Shown: piece after piece, positions 34,886 to 49,572 of the stretch
Numbering within the stretch: position 1 is the first letter of the stretch
How the letters are laid out: the number at the start of each line of letters is the position of its first letter
From: the human T2T-CHM13v2.0 reference genome, Homo sapiens
NCBI RefSeq assembly: GCF_009914755.1
Contig: NC_060927.1
Strand: one strand, 5' to 3'
Length of the DNA: 64,000 nt
Position numbers and translations under genes: made by a program
The notes under the pieces: model-generated
Database searches by the model: none
Seen by the model: the letters and a program-made list of their open reading frames with translations, nothing else
What the model was told of the DNA's origin: nothing

Positions 34886-35187
34886 CTGATATATGCCATT
34901 CATTATTATAGGTGATGGGGATACAGAAGTGAAAAATAAAAATAAAAATTTGAGCCATTATGAAGCTTTGATTTTTCTGCTCCTCAAGATTGTTTGGAGG
35001 AGTACAAAAGATAACAAAACAAACATAACATTATTAGTGCATACTAGGTACTCAACGTTAGGTCCTCCAGCTAATCCCCTCGCTCAGCTTTGTTTCACTG
35101 TAATAAGTGCTATGGAGAGAGGGAGAAAATGTAGTGAGCCACTTCTGAACTGACTTTAAAAATCGAAAACACAAACCTCATTTAGGC

Positions 35188-35651
35188 CAATATTTTCTTC
35201 AAACTTCAAATTGTGATGTATTAGTGAGTCGTAAAATCAGTTTAGTGGGTTAAGGTCGATATTTTTCTTAAATTAAAAAATAGGATAAAATGGGATAGAC
35301 TCAAACAGAACAGAATGGGACAGAATGAGGGGATGGGATGGGGTGGGGTGGGCTGGGGTGGGATAGGATGGGGTGGGGTGGGCTGGGGTGGGATGGGATG
35401 GGGTGGGTGGGGTGGGGTGGGGTGGGGTGAGATGGGGTGGGATGGGATGGGATGGGATGGGGTTGGGTGGGGTGGGGTGGGACAGGACACGGTGGAATGG
35501 GATGAGACGGGATGGATGGGATGAGATAAATGAAAAAATTCTGTTTCAATTGTGAATGTGTGTGCCTGTGTGTGTGCACCTATACACTGGATCAGGATGT
35601 AAAATGCATTTCTGACTGTAAGTCACCGTCAAAAATTTTTGAAAGCCACTG
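35188..35651. mobile_element. hAT-Charlie-type non-autonomous DNA transposon (subfamily uncertain)
   Basis: TTCAAACT..TTAGTGAGTCGTAAAATCAGTTTAGTGGGT...GATGTAAAATGCATTTCT.ACTGT..TTTGAAAGCCACTG terminus. Confidence 0.65.
35329..35522 (+). repeat. (GGGAT/GGGGT)n pentamer repeat, G-quadruplex-prone
   Basis: About 190 bp of G3-G4 runs with 1-2 nt spacers. Confidence 0.95.
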
Positions 35652-36339
35652 ACCTATACATGGTTTTAAATTTAAAAAGAGAAATTTTCTGTTTTCACTG
35701 TTATCCTCAAATACCTAACTTCTTACCTAGTATTTGCAATGATTACTATAAAAACATGCATACAGATGAATTCGGTTTTCAAGAAAATGAAAAAACGTTC
35801 TGTAAAATAGAAAACATTTAGAAGTTCATTCCTACAGTCCTATATATGGTATTTCCCAGAATGACCAGCCCAGAAGTGGAATACATGGAGAAGGAAGGAG
35901 GCAAGGGGGTATACTGGTCTCTCTCTAAACACATTTTCAAAAAGGGACACCTTCTCAATAATTTCTAAACTAATATGTTTACAAAATGGTGTTTGGAACT
36001 ACTATGAAGAAAGATAGAGGGAGATGTGAAAAAGATTGCATAGTGGGAAGACAGGGTAGACGAATGGTGCCGTATTCCTCCCCACCAACTAATGCGACAG
36101 GTCTTGCCCAACGCTGTAGACAAAACCACTATGCCCTCCCTCCAGGGAAACTACCTCTGATTTTAGAGCCCTGCATGTCTCTAACCCAGCCCACAGTCAC
36201 CTAACAGGTGAAGAATAATGGCTCTACACTATGACCACATTTTTCCCATCAGTCTTACTCTCTCACCACTTGTTTACTTTGTGAATCATCCACTATTGTG
36301 AACTAAGTGGCTATAAGCCAATCTAGTCATGAGCAACTA

Positions 36340-36825
36340 GTAGACATTTTGGGAGATATCTACTGCCTCTAAAAAGCAGTTGTTATTCATTTGTGTGTCC
36401 TCTCCAAATAATATTTTTAAATGCAAAAAAATAAGATGCATAGGGAATAAAAAGGAAGCCAAACAGTTTGAAATATAATTATTGAAAAAGTTTTAAATAT
36501 TTGTGATATAAAAATACATAGAATTCTCTACAAATAAATTAAAAATAGACCTAATAATGGGTATACTACAATTATAATTTCAAATAATGACATTAAATGA
36601 CATGTTATCTGTTATGTGTCATGAAAATAAATATAATATCTGTTCATTACAGTGGAAAGCTAATTAATACCAGAGTGTTTTGTCTCACTAATAATTGAAA
36701 GAAGTTCTATATTTCAGCTGGAGTTAATGAAAATAAAAATGTAATTATTTGTCATATCCAAGAACATGAACTCTTTGGATTCTACGTATGCAAAGGGTCC
36801 ATAGACTGCAGATGAAGAACCCAGA
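36340..36825. mobile_element. hAT-Charlie relic (MER113-like)
   Basis: ATTTCAGCTGGAGTTAATGAAAATAAAAATGTAATT..TCCAAG; diverged. Confidence 0.55.
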
Positions 36826-37379
36826 TTAGAGGCAGGAGATGGCTCTAAATCTCTCTACAACCTCACTACCAGGTAACAAAAGAGGTACACGTCAGACAGA
36901 ATCCCGTCATTTAAGTAACAGGCAGGTCCAAAACAATATGTATCCTGTTCTTTAAACCTGATGAAATCCGAGCCCTCTGTCTTTTTAAAGCCTGATAGCA
37001 CCTTGCAGGAAAGGCTTCCCCAAGCCAAATGTGACAAAATTCTAACACCACAATTTAACTAATCCTCAAGTAGAGTCAGACATCCAAGAATTCTTCAAAT
37101 TAGTGACTGAGGATAGAACATCTCAGGAATCACACACAGGCACTCTTCAGGGCTGCTGCACACAGTTGTGTTTGTTGAGCATTGCATAACCCTGTAACCA
37201 AATGCAGCACCCCTGCTGTCATTCCTAAGGGTACAGACATTCCTAAGGGTGTAGACATTCTCAGGGTATAGCTGGGCTCTCATCCTTCTACCTTGTTCCA
37301 AGAGACAATGCTCAAAATATTTAACATCACAAATAGTACCGACCACCCAATCAGAATGGAGGCTGACTATAAACAACTG

Positions 37380-38995
<1,616 letters not shown>

Positions 38996-39355
38996 TGATA
39001 TAGTCATGATAGTATGTCCTAGCTGAATTTCAAACTTGTCTTATTCATGTAAGGGTGGGAGTATCTTCTAGGGCATCCCCATATCTTGACCACTAAATTT
39101 CACCAATGAAAGTCCATTTCCAACCTATCATGTACACATTAACAAAGCCTGTAGTATTGATCAGAAATCAACATAAGTAAAATACTCATTTATAGTAACC
39201 ATTTCTGAAGTGTGGCCTCTTGATTAAATTCTGGTTAATTACTTCTGAAGGGTATAGTCCAACAACCATATTTCGCATATGGATTAAAATGAACACAAAT
39301 GCAAATATATATCACACAAGCTATACTAAAAGTTTCTCTAAAGAATTATAAACCA

Positions 39356-39659
<304 letters not shown>

Positions 39660-40539
39660 AAGAACTACAAGCCAGATACTCAATTATCACTACTTTAATA
39701 AAAACAATCTATTAGGTGTTTAATATGACAAACTATTTTTGAAGCAAAAAAAAAATCTCTTACACTTATCATTGGAAGGAATTCAAAGAAAACTTTATTT
39801 TTGAGTTTGGGTGCTGCATTTTCCCTCTATTAAATGGCATTTTGCAAGCTTTGGGAAATCCCCAAACTGCCATGAAGTTGTAAAGGAATCAAATCCAGCA
39901 GGGAGAGCCTGTCATCCCCTTTATGAAGCATGAAGGGATGTAGTTTTTAAAAGGTTGTCTAGAGAGACTAAAAAAGATCAAAGTTTAGAGCATGGAAAAA
40001 TTGTGATGAAAACAGATAGAGATACAGAAGAAAAAGTTGTTGTTCTTTTAAAATGATGAGTTTGAATGTGTGTGAGAGAAAAAGACATTTGTACAGTACA
40101 ATTTGAGAAGCAGAAAAACATGATGAGTGAGATTGAAAAGGAAGGCATTTGGGAAGAGATAGATTTCTATCTTCCTGCTCTGATATCAAAGCAATCTCGA
40201 GCACTTAGATAGTAGTACTACATTCCACTAGGCTGCACCTAGTGAAACTGTTTTTTAAAAAAATCAAAGTCAGGATCATGTGAAAGAAATGTATGAAGGT
40301 AAGTACTCAGCCAGCCCAGGAGTCAAAAAATAGCCCAAACAAAATTCTCAAACAACAGTGTAAAAGCTAAAAAAAGAAAATGGCAGCTATAGAAAGGAGA
40401 GGTGTACGCCAAACTAGTTCTGATCAAAAAATAATTGTAAATAAACAATGAGATTTCTAATAGCAGATTTACTGAATCATGACCAAAACAAAGACAACTA
40501 AGAGTGCCCAGGACTCAACAAACGTTCATGACAATAGTT

Positions 40540-40830
40540 GAAAACATCATTTTGTTTTCTTCTGGGACGCAGCTTGACTATATTTCCCCGCACCCATTGA
40601 GGTACTGTGGGCCAAGTGACTGGGCTCTGACCAATCAACTGTGGATGAAAATAATAACCCTCACTTCAGATCTGACCCACACAAACCATTCATGCACACC
40701 TCCACAGTTTTTATTTCATCTTCCACAAGCTTAATGGCTGGAGAAGATTTTGAAGACCTGCAGAAAAGTTGGAGCACAAGGAACCTGGTTTCTGAAAACA
40801 ACGCATAGTACAAAAGCAGTGCACAAAGAT
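40540..40830 (+). mobile_element. MLT1 (J-like) MaLR fragment
   Basis: GACTATATTTCCC..GGGCCAAGTGACTGGGCTCTGACCAAT..TGTGG. Confidence 0.6.
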
Positions 40831-41159
40831 ATGGTTACCCATGAACGGGGAGACTATGAGCAACCCTTTGTTCACTTCCCTTCAATTTCCTGTACTCCTT
40901 TACATTTTTATAATAAGCAAACACTAAGAATATTTTTAATATTTTTCACTTCCTTTTAACTTCCTCTACTTCTCTAAATTTTTATAATAAGCAAACACTA
41001 AAAAATATTTTTGTTTTATGATCTAGTAAGTTAATATATTTAAACAAGCAAAAATGTTAACTTTCTAGAAGTAAAATCATTCCTACTTTCTTTTAATAAT
41101 TCTAGAAGGGCTGGGAATGCTCTCAGCATTCAATAAATGTAGTAAAAAAGAATAAATAG

Positions 41160-41575
41160 TGTCTTAGTTCGTGCTCGCACTGCTATAAAGAAATATCTGA
41201 GACTGGGCAATTATAAAGCAAAGAGGTTTAGTTGGCTCACGGTTCTGCAGGCTGTAGAGGAAGCATACTGGCTTCTGCTTCAGGGGAGGCCTCAGGGAGT
41301 TTTTACTCATGGCGGAAGGCAAAGCGAGATCAGGCATCTTACGTGGCGGGAGCAGGACTGAGAGAGAGGGGAGAGGTGCCACACACTTTTAAACAATCAG
41401 ATCTCACAATAACACATTCACTCACTATCACCAGAACAGCACCAAAGAGGTGGTGCTAAGTCATTCATGAAGGACCACCGCGTGATCCAATCACATCCCA
41501 CCAGGCCCCACCTCCAACACTGGGGATTATAATTTGACAGGAGATTTGAGCAGGACACAGATCCAAACCATATCA
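41160..41575 (-). mobile_element. MSTA-like MaLR solo LTR
   Basis: TGTCTTAGT...CTGCTATAAAGAAATA...CCAAACCATATCA; flanks AATAG/AATAT. Confidence 0.9.
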
Positions 41576-41754
41576 AATATTTTCTGATATCCTCAACATT
41601 TTGCTTATTTGTCAAAGCTTATCTTAAAATGTGACAATCTCAACTAAAATACTTGAGACAAAAAAAAAAATACTGCATACATTCTCCTCATGGTGTGAAG
41701 CACCCTGTGCCGACCATCCTTACTGTACATCTATGACTGTTTTCTAAACATAAA

Positions 41755-42110
41755 GACTGCATTTGAGATGTTTTTCGTTTTTAGAAGGAACATTGCACTG
41801 TTGGCTCATATCGGTCTTATAATCATCTAAAACCCTCAAGTCTTTTTCACATAATTTGCTTTCAAGCCTGATTTACCTCACTCTGCACTTGAACAATTGG
41901 TTTTATTTACCTCCAAATGCTGGACTTTAAATTGATCCTTGTTAGGCTTTATCTTATTTGTTTTGGTCCATTAGTAGATTCCATTGAGATGCCCTTGAAT
42001 TCCTGATTCTTCAATGTTGCATATTACTTATCTCTCTGAATATGATAATTTTATTACCTCCTAAGTCTCCAAAGTTAAAGACAAAACTGTTAAATGGGTA
42101 TGACAGAATT
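41755..42110 (-). mobile_element. L3/CR1 fragment
   Basis: CACTGTTGGCTCATAT..TAAAACCCTCAAGTCTTTTTCACAT...GGACTTTAAATTGATCCTTGTTA. Confidence 0.65.
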
Positions 42111-42916
42111 AACGATTCAGATAATACCCTAGCTCCTAGCATCAAAGAGTCAACTGAAGCCTACTTGCTAGTGAGCCACCAACTGCACCATCCACACTAG
42201 ACACTACCCACTGGTGGGGTGGAAGCTCCAAATACACTTTCTGCTGTATATAGGAAGACTCAAGACTCAGCTTCCTAATCAAAAACTGATGCTTGCATCA
42301 ACAGGTGCTTTGCCCATTTTTTTTCATTACAAAGTATGAATTTCATTTTTTAAAAATCTATTGTCTCCCTTGATCTGGATTTCTGTTTACCTCATCTGGT
42401 TGTGGAATTATTACTACCAATCCGCTAAAAGGTTGAAATCTACATTACTGGGGGTAGAGAAGCTAATGGGTCTCTGACATAATGTTCCATCCGTTCACTT
42501 TTATCTACCCTAAGATGAATCAGTGACATGCTCTTAAAGTTTTTGACATTCTCATGCTTTCAACCAGTTCTTCCCTACTGGCCAGGATATAGCAGATTCC
42601 CTTATTGCTTCCTCTACCCCATGGAAAAATAGTCAACAAAGCTAAGTAAAAAAATTGTGAGAAGTTACAGGTTACAGAAAAAAACATTTAGGAGATGTCT
42701 GAATAATTGGCATCTCATTTTACTCATATTTCTTATTTATCACTTTGGAAATCTCTTCCAATAAGCCCTCACTCAAATTCTCTATTTCTTCTGGGCATCT
42801 CTGTATTATACTCCTACATCTCATTATTCCAGGAATGCAGAACCTCACCAGATGGGTGGTGGCAAAATGGAAGAAGACATTCACAATTATGAGCAGCTCT
42901 AGCATAATATAAAATA

Positions 42917-43031
42917 GAGAATGACCAACCATCTTGGCTTGCCTGGTACTTGCAGGGACTTTTAGAACATCGGACTTCCAGTGCTAAAAGTGGGAAAGAC
43001 CTGTGCAAATTCAGATGAGTTGGTCACTTTA
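42917..43031. mobile_element. MER81 hAT-Blackjack MITE
   Basis: TGACCAACCATC...GACTTCCAGTGCTAAAA...GAGTTGGTCAC inverted ends. Confidence 0.8.
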
Positions 43032-43379
<348 letters not shown>

Positions 43380-43652
43380 CTAAATTTCTATTTCCTGAGT
43401 TTCACATAGAAGTGTATTTCTCTGTGATTTTGCCTTAAACCACCATAGGAAACAGCATATAGTCCCTGACTAAATGATGGGAAAGGAGTATCTTCGAATA
43501 CTCATTTTAAACTTACCTAATAATCTTCCTCCCCCCCTCCTTCTTAATCTCTGTGAGCTATAGGTATTAAGACTGAGTGGCCCTTAAAATTTTTTATCAA
43601 ATCCATCTACTTCTTTCTATCTCCACAAGCACCACCCTAGTTCAAGCCATGA

Positions 43653-43991
<339 letters not shown>

Positions 43992-44069
43992 TCAGCCACC
44001 TTTTACCATACTTTTTCAAGCTATCTATAATGGACAGTTGGTTTTCATTTTTGCTTTTGTTTTGTGTCT

Positions 44070-44284
44070 CATTTTCAATCCTTTATTAATAAGCACTTTT
44101 GTAACATACAATGAAAACATGTTATTAGGAAACTAATCATGCATTTGGTTGTACAACAATGCCAAACTTGCCATAAAAGTTTCTAAAGGCTTTTTCTCAA
44201 TTTCTGTACTTACTTCATCATGGGCCAGTAATAAATAGTCTGTGGTCCAGTAGCCGTCTATGGATCACACTCTGAATAACGCTG
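44070..44284. mobile_element. hAT-Charlie relic (MER119-like)
   Basis: ATAAAAGTTTCTAAA..TCTCAATTTCTGTACTTA...GGATCACACTCTGAATAACGCTG. Confidence 0.55.
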
Positions 44285-44414
44285 TTCTAATAGATATCAT
44301 CACTTCCACCCTGTCCCCTATTCTTCCTATCAAAAACATCTAGAATGATCTTTTAAAATGTAAATTAAATTATGTCAGCCCTCAGCCTATAAAATAACTG
44401 AAGAAGAGGGGGAT

Positions 44415-44650
44415 ATTAGTAACATAAACTCTGGACTGAACTCTGGAGCCAGACTGCCAGGACTTAAATCTCTGCTCCACAACTTACTAGAGTTTTGTGA
44501 CCCTGGGCAAGCCACCAAATAGCTATGTGCCCCAGATTCCTCATCTAAAAACTGAGATAACAGCATTTACTTCATAGGGCTACTGTACGGATTAAACACA
44601 TAAATTTCTGTAAAGTGATTAGAACAATGTCTAATACATACTAAGCATGT
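44415..44650 (+). mobile_element. MIR
   Basis: CTCTGGAGCCAGACTGCC...TGTGACCCTGGGCAAG...TTCCTCATCT...TAAAGTGATTAGAACA. Confidence 0.85.
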
Positions 44651-44814
44651 ATGCTGCTTCTACTGATATTTATTATTAGCATGGCTGTTAACATCCTACC
44701 ATTATGAATGTTACAACCTACAAGTCACTCCCTATCTCTCCTGCCTCATCTAAACAACAAGGTGTCAAGCCAGCTCCTACCACACAATAAAGGAGCAATA
44801 CATTAAAGACCGTT

Positions 44815-45189
44815 TGTGGTAGATCAGATCATTGTTCAGCAAATATTCACTCCCTTTTCTCTACCTCCATGGGAGACTTTGCACTTGGTCATGTGATTTA
44901 TTTAGCCAATGGGACATTAGCAAGCATGATGTATGCAGAGGCTGGTGCAGTTGGGCTTCTGCCACCACCCTGAGAACAAGCTCTAGGCAGCCTACTGGCT
45001 CCAGAATATTGACAGCAGCATGGATCACACCTGAATGGAGCCTGCAGCCAGAAGCCAAGCCCAGGCAGCCCCAGCTGAGCTCAGCAGAGCAGCCCTGGCC
45101 AATCACTGTGTCACTGAAATTTTGTGGGGTTGTTTTGTTTTGTTTTGTTTTGTTTTGTTTTGTTACACAGCAAAAGCTAACTGTTCACA
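44815..45189 (+). mobile_element. MLT1H/I-like MaLR LTR with internal (TTTTG)n
   Basis: TGTGGTAGAT..CAAATATTCACTCC..GGTCATGTGA..GCCAATGGGA...TGTTACACAGCA. Confidence 0.75.
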
Positions 45190-45343
45190 GTATCCACCTC
45201 TGTTCTTTTTTATTTTAAATTCTTCCCTGCTTATATATACTGTGGTATATTCTGGAGAATTAACACACTAGAAAAACTGCCTATGTATGGCTGCTAGCCC
45301 ATTCCATGATTTAAAAATCTCAGGAAACTCCTTTTACGCTTTG

Positions 45344-45430
45344 AGCACTTTACTTCTACCTGTATGTACACATATAATTATACACATATAAATAGTGTAT
45401 AATTATACATACAGGTAGAAGTAAAGTGCT
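45344..45430. repeat. 87-nt inverted repeat/hairpin
   Basis: 45344-45368 is the exact reverse complement of 45406-45430; 45375-45385 of 45395-45405. Confidence 0.97.
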
Positions 45431-47432
45431 TTCCTGTTGGAGACCTATATAAAATCAATCCAAAAGCACAGAATTTAGAAGTAGTCCCCTAATTTTCCAT
45501 CATCTAAGTACTGTAAACTCAGGCTGATATTTATAAGCTGAGTGAAGAATATAAGAAACCATTCCAGGAGACCATTCTTTTATAAGCATAAAAGGAAAAA
45601 TTAAAATTGTTACCATTTCTGTTTCTTTCCTCCTAGACAATATAAAACAGAAGCTAAATAACCATAGACATCTTAGATCAAATCTAAAATTAATTCTCAC
45701 ACATGCTAGTGATAGTCTAAAAATGCCCACTAATTTCCAATGAGATTAACGTTTGCTGTAATATTCAAATATTGACTTTATATCTCCTGGAATTTTCAAA
45801 AATAAATATGTACTCTCGCTCATATCACAGAATTGTAAAACATTTTGGTCTGCATTTTCCTGCAAGGATATAGTAAAATGATTACAGTAATGGTTTCCTA
45901 GGCTCCTGCAAACTATTCATCTGGATGTATGTAAATTTGGGTCTAGACTACTACAGTGCATAGATAATTAGCCAATTAATAGCTTTTATGAATGTTATTG
46001 TGTGTCAACTGCAAAGGATTTTACTTACTGTAAAAGCTTAGGCTATCACTTCAATTTATTCCCACATGTCAAATAAATAACCATTTGGGAAAACATTTTG
46101 AAGTTTGAACTGAGGTAGAAGCTAATGATAGAATGGCTCAATATAGACCCTGTTACTATTTTTCAACCAGGAAATATCCTGTTACTTTAGCCATTGCTTT
46201 TTCACCTTGTGAAAACAATGGCAAATTACACAGGATTTGCCCTTGGAGACAGGAAGTTGGGAGTTGGGCTATTTGAAATTAATACTCCTCACTGTTATAA
46301 TTCATTGACCTGTATGGAATGAATGCTACAATGGTTTTTTAATCTACACCTTAAAGGTTTTTTTCAGTTTGGCTTTTGGCTTTGACTAAGGTTCATTGGA
46401 TTTATGTTTGCTTTGTAAAATATACAAAAAATTACTGCACGAAGGTCATCATTGGGCTAGTGGTATAACATCTGTATTGCAACCTATTCAACAATCCATA
46501 GCTAAAAAGACAGAACTCATTTTTCCATCCCCCTGAAAGTACATGTCAGTTCTATTCCTCCAATTCTGCAAAAACTAAAACAAGAGTATAGTGGAAGTCT
46601 ACATCAAAACCCCATTGGAAAAAGTACATTAAGTCTGGAAGCAACTGGTTCCGCTACATAAAAGGCTACCAGAAAAAAAAAAAAAAAAAAGCTGTGGTGA
46701 TCAAAACATCATAGCTCTTTTAGTCTGGCAAGCAATCCAATTGATTCTGCATATCAGCTTCTACAGCAAGTGAGTTTCCTGGGTTCTGATGCCTGTATTA
46801 GTGGAAAAAGAAGTTCTTGGGAGTAATGGTTTATAAAAAGTCTGCATCTAGATCTTTCATAAAACATGGAAACTTATATCATCCATCTTGCCTCCTCTAA
46901 GCATAATTCAGAGGTGAATAAGGAAATTATGGGAGAGCGATAAAGCTAGTAATGGAATTTACATATTTTTAAGGACATACTTTGTCAGAAAAAAAAAATG
47001 TTCATGATGGAAGTCTTCTCTCCACAAACACACATAAGGTTGAAATGGCTGATTTAAGACACATGTGACAAGATTTTCTAGCATGTAGTATAAAATTATC
47101 AATCAAACTGAAAGCTGCAATGACTCTTTAAAACAATTCTTACCAAATATATAGAGAGAGTGGAGGGGAGGAGGGAGACGGCAAGAGAGGTTTATTCTTA
47201 GAAAAATTGTCCCTATATCTGACAAAGGGAATATGTTGATTGGTAATTCTAAAATGAATGTTTTGTTGAGCAGTAAAATGTGGAAGAAAAGGTGTCAGTG
47301 AATCACTCCAGAGAAGGAGACTGAGCCACATAGAGTTGTAGTCTCAGGTTCAACATTGATTGGCTGGTAGACTTTGGGCAGATGAAGAACAAATTGCATT
47401 CACATGGAGTTCTACTGTTCAGTAAGTGCTTC

Positions 47433-47679
47433 TTTTTTTTTTTTTTTTTTTTTTTTTGAGACTGATTCTCACTCTGTCACTCAGGCTGGAGTGCAGTCCC
47501 GAGTAGCTTGGACTACAGGCGTCTGCCACCATGCCCGGCTAATTTTGTTTTTTGTATTTTTAGTAGAGGCCGGGTTTCACCATGTTAGCCAGGATGGTCT
47601 CAATCTCCCGACCTTGTGATCCGCCCACCTCGGCCTCCCAAACTGCTGGGATTACAGGTGTGAGCCACTGTGCCCGGCC
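47433..47679 (-). mobile_element. Alu (Y/Sc-like) with ~64-nt internal deletion
   Basis: GTGCAGT joined to CCCGAGTAGC; 19-bp TSD ACTGTTCAGTAAG[T/C]GCTTC 47414-47432 and 47680-47698. Confidence 0.93.
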
Positions 47680-47709
47680 ACTGTTCAGTAAGCGCTTCCA
47701 TATGCATTA

Positions 47710-48068
47710 CCATGATGGATTGTACTCTTGTTCAAAATACTTGCTGCTCCTCCCTGCAGGGAACCCATTCCTCCAGGGCAGATCCTACTTTCCACTCCTT
47801 TGATGTCAGTCAGGATTAGCCAGTGACTTCAAGCTGAAGCCTTAAGAGCCAGTATTTGCTTCACGATAATCTCTTTACCCAGGCATCAGCCAGCAATGTT
47901 CCAGATAGGAGCTGCTAGGTCAGCCTGGTCCTAAAGAGATCATCAAGGACAGCCACAGCTCACCCACTATAGGCCTGTAGCATAAGCATGAAATAAACCC
48001 TGGTTGTAAATCACTGAGATATGGGGGTAATTTGTTACTTAAGAATAACAGCCTAAGCTGACAGTTAG
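47710..48068 (+). mobile_element. MLT1I/J-like MaLR LTR
   Basis: GAAGCCTTAAGAGCCAG...CAATGTTCCAGATAG..TCAGCCTGG...GAAATAAACC..CACTGAGAT..TTTGTTAC. Confidence 0.7.
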
Positions 48069-48658
48069 AATCAGACTGATAGAATTTAATTCTCAACTGA
48101 GACTCAAAGAAGTTATGTTTTCCATGCTTAAGGGCACCCAAAAAAATAAGCTGATATTCTTTCCCCCTTCCTGGACTGTCTGTGATGTTACCTTTTGGGC
48201 CTTCATTTCCTCATCTATATATTGAAAGAGTTGGAATAAATAATCTCTAAAGTTCCTTCCACCCCTAACATTCTATATTCATCTGATTCCTCCTTTCATA
48301 GACTCTAGCTTTGCAAAAATTGCTTGGGTAACATGTGCTACTGTTAGTAGTTATATTAGATATATTCTCTTGGACAAGATCCAAAATATTTGCATATTAT
48401 AAAAAATTCCACAACTATTACAGCAAAGTTCTAGAGCATACTGATTTGCACTGTTTGATACTTTACTTTGTAAATATGTTACTCAGTTTTTTAACATATT
48501 TGCATACCATATTTCTGATTAAATTGCAGGATCCTTTGTAAGAAAAAGGTTTTTTCTTTCTTTTACCTTATTTCTTACCATGCCTTAGCATGTTTTAATA
48601 GGTGCTTAATGAATGTGCCTCTTCACCAATCAATCTTTTAATTAAAAAATAGAAAACA

Positions 48659-48942
<284 letters not shown>

Positions 48943-48985
48943 AAAAAATAGAAAACATTTTTGACAAAAGAATAAAACATTGATT

Positions 48986-49572
48986 GTAAAGATTTTAAAG
49001 ATGGCAATAAATTTATTTGATATTCCTATTAAGAGGTGGGGTCTAATTCCCCTCTTGTTGAATCTGGGCTGACCTTAGTGACTCACTTGCAAGCAAGAGA
49101 ATGCAACAAAAGTGATGTTGCATGATTTCTGAGACTAGGTCAGAAAGAATCCTGCAGCTGCCACCTTGTTCATTGGAACACTCACTCTTGGAGCCCAAAT
49201 ATAAGAAGTGCAACTATCCTAACCCACCATGCTATGAGGAAGCCCAAGCCACAGAAGGAGGCCACATGCCAGGCACTCCAGTGGACAGTTCCAGTGGAGC
49301 CTGGTTTTCAGGTCATCCCAGCCTAAAAACCAGACACATGATTGAAGAAGCCTCTAGATGATTCTAGCGCTCAGCTATTAACATCACCCCCCACACCCCT
49401 ATTGTTTGAGTCTTCCTAGCAGAGGTCTCAATCCCATAAAGCAGAGACAAGCAATCCTTTCTCTGCCCTGTATAAACCCCTGACCCATAATATCCATGAA
49501 TATAATAAAGTGGCTGTTGTTTTACGCCACTAAATTTTGGGAGTGCTTATGCAGCAGTAGATAACTAGAGCA
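48986..49572 (+). mobile_element. MLT1G-like MaLR LTR
   Basis: AAAGATGGC..GAGGTGGGGTCTA..TTGAATCTGGGCTG...GCCACTAAATTTTGGG..TATGCAGCAGTAGATAAC. Confidence 0.8.

Noticed and set aside
35242-35579. Pro/His-rich and Gly/Trp-rich ORFs
   Set aside because: Translations of the (GGGAT/GGGGT)n repeat.
37220-37272. CRISPR-like repeat array
   Set aside because: Head-to-tail units without spacers in eukaryotic DNA.
45421-45435. TAAAGTGCTT resembling the miR-17/20/520 5' end
   Set aside because: It sits at the base of the 3' arm, not where a mature miRNA 5' end would be, and the rest does not match those families.
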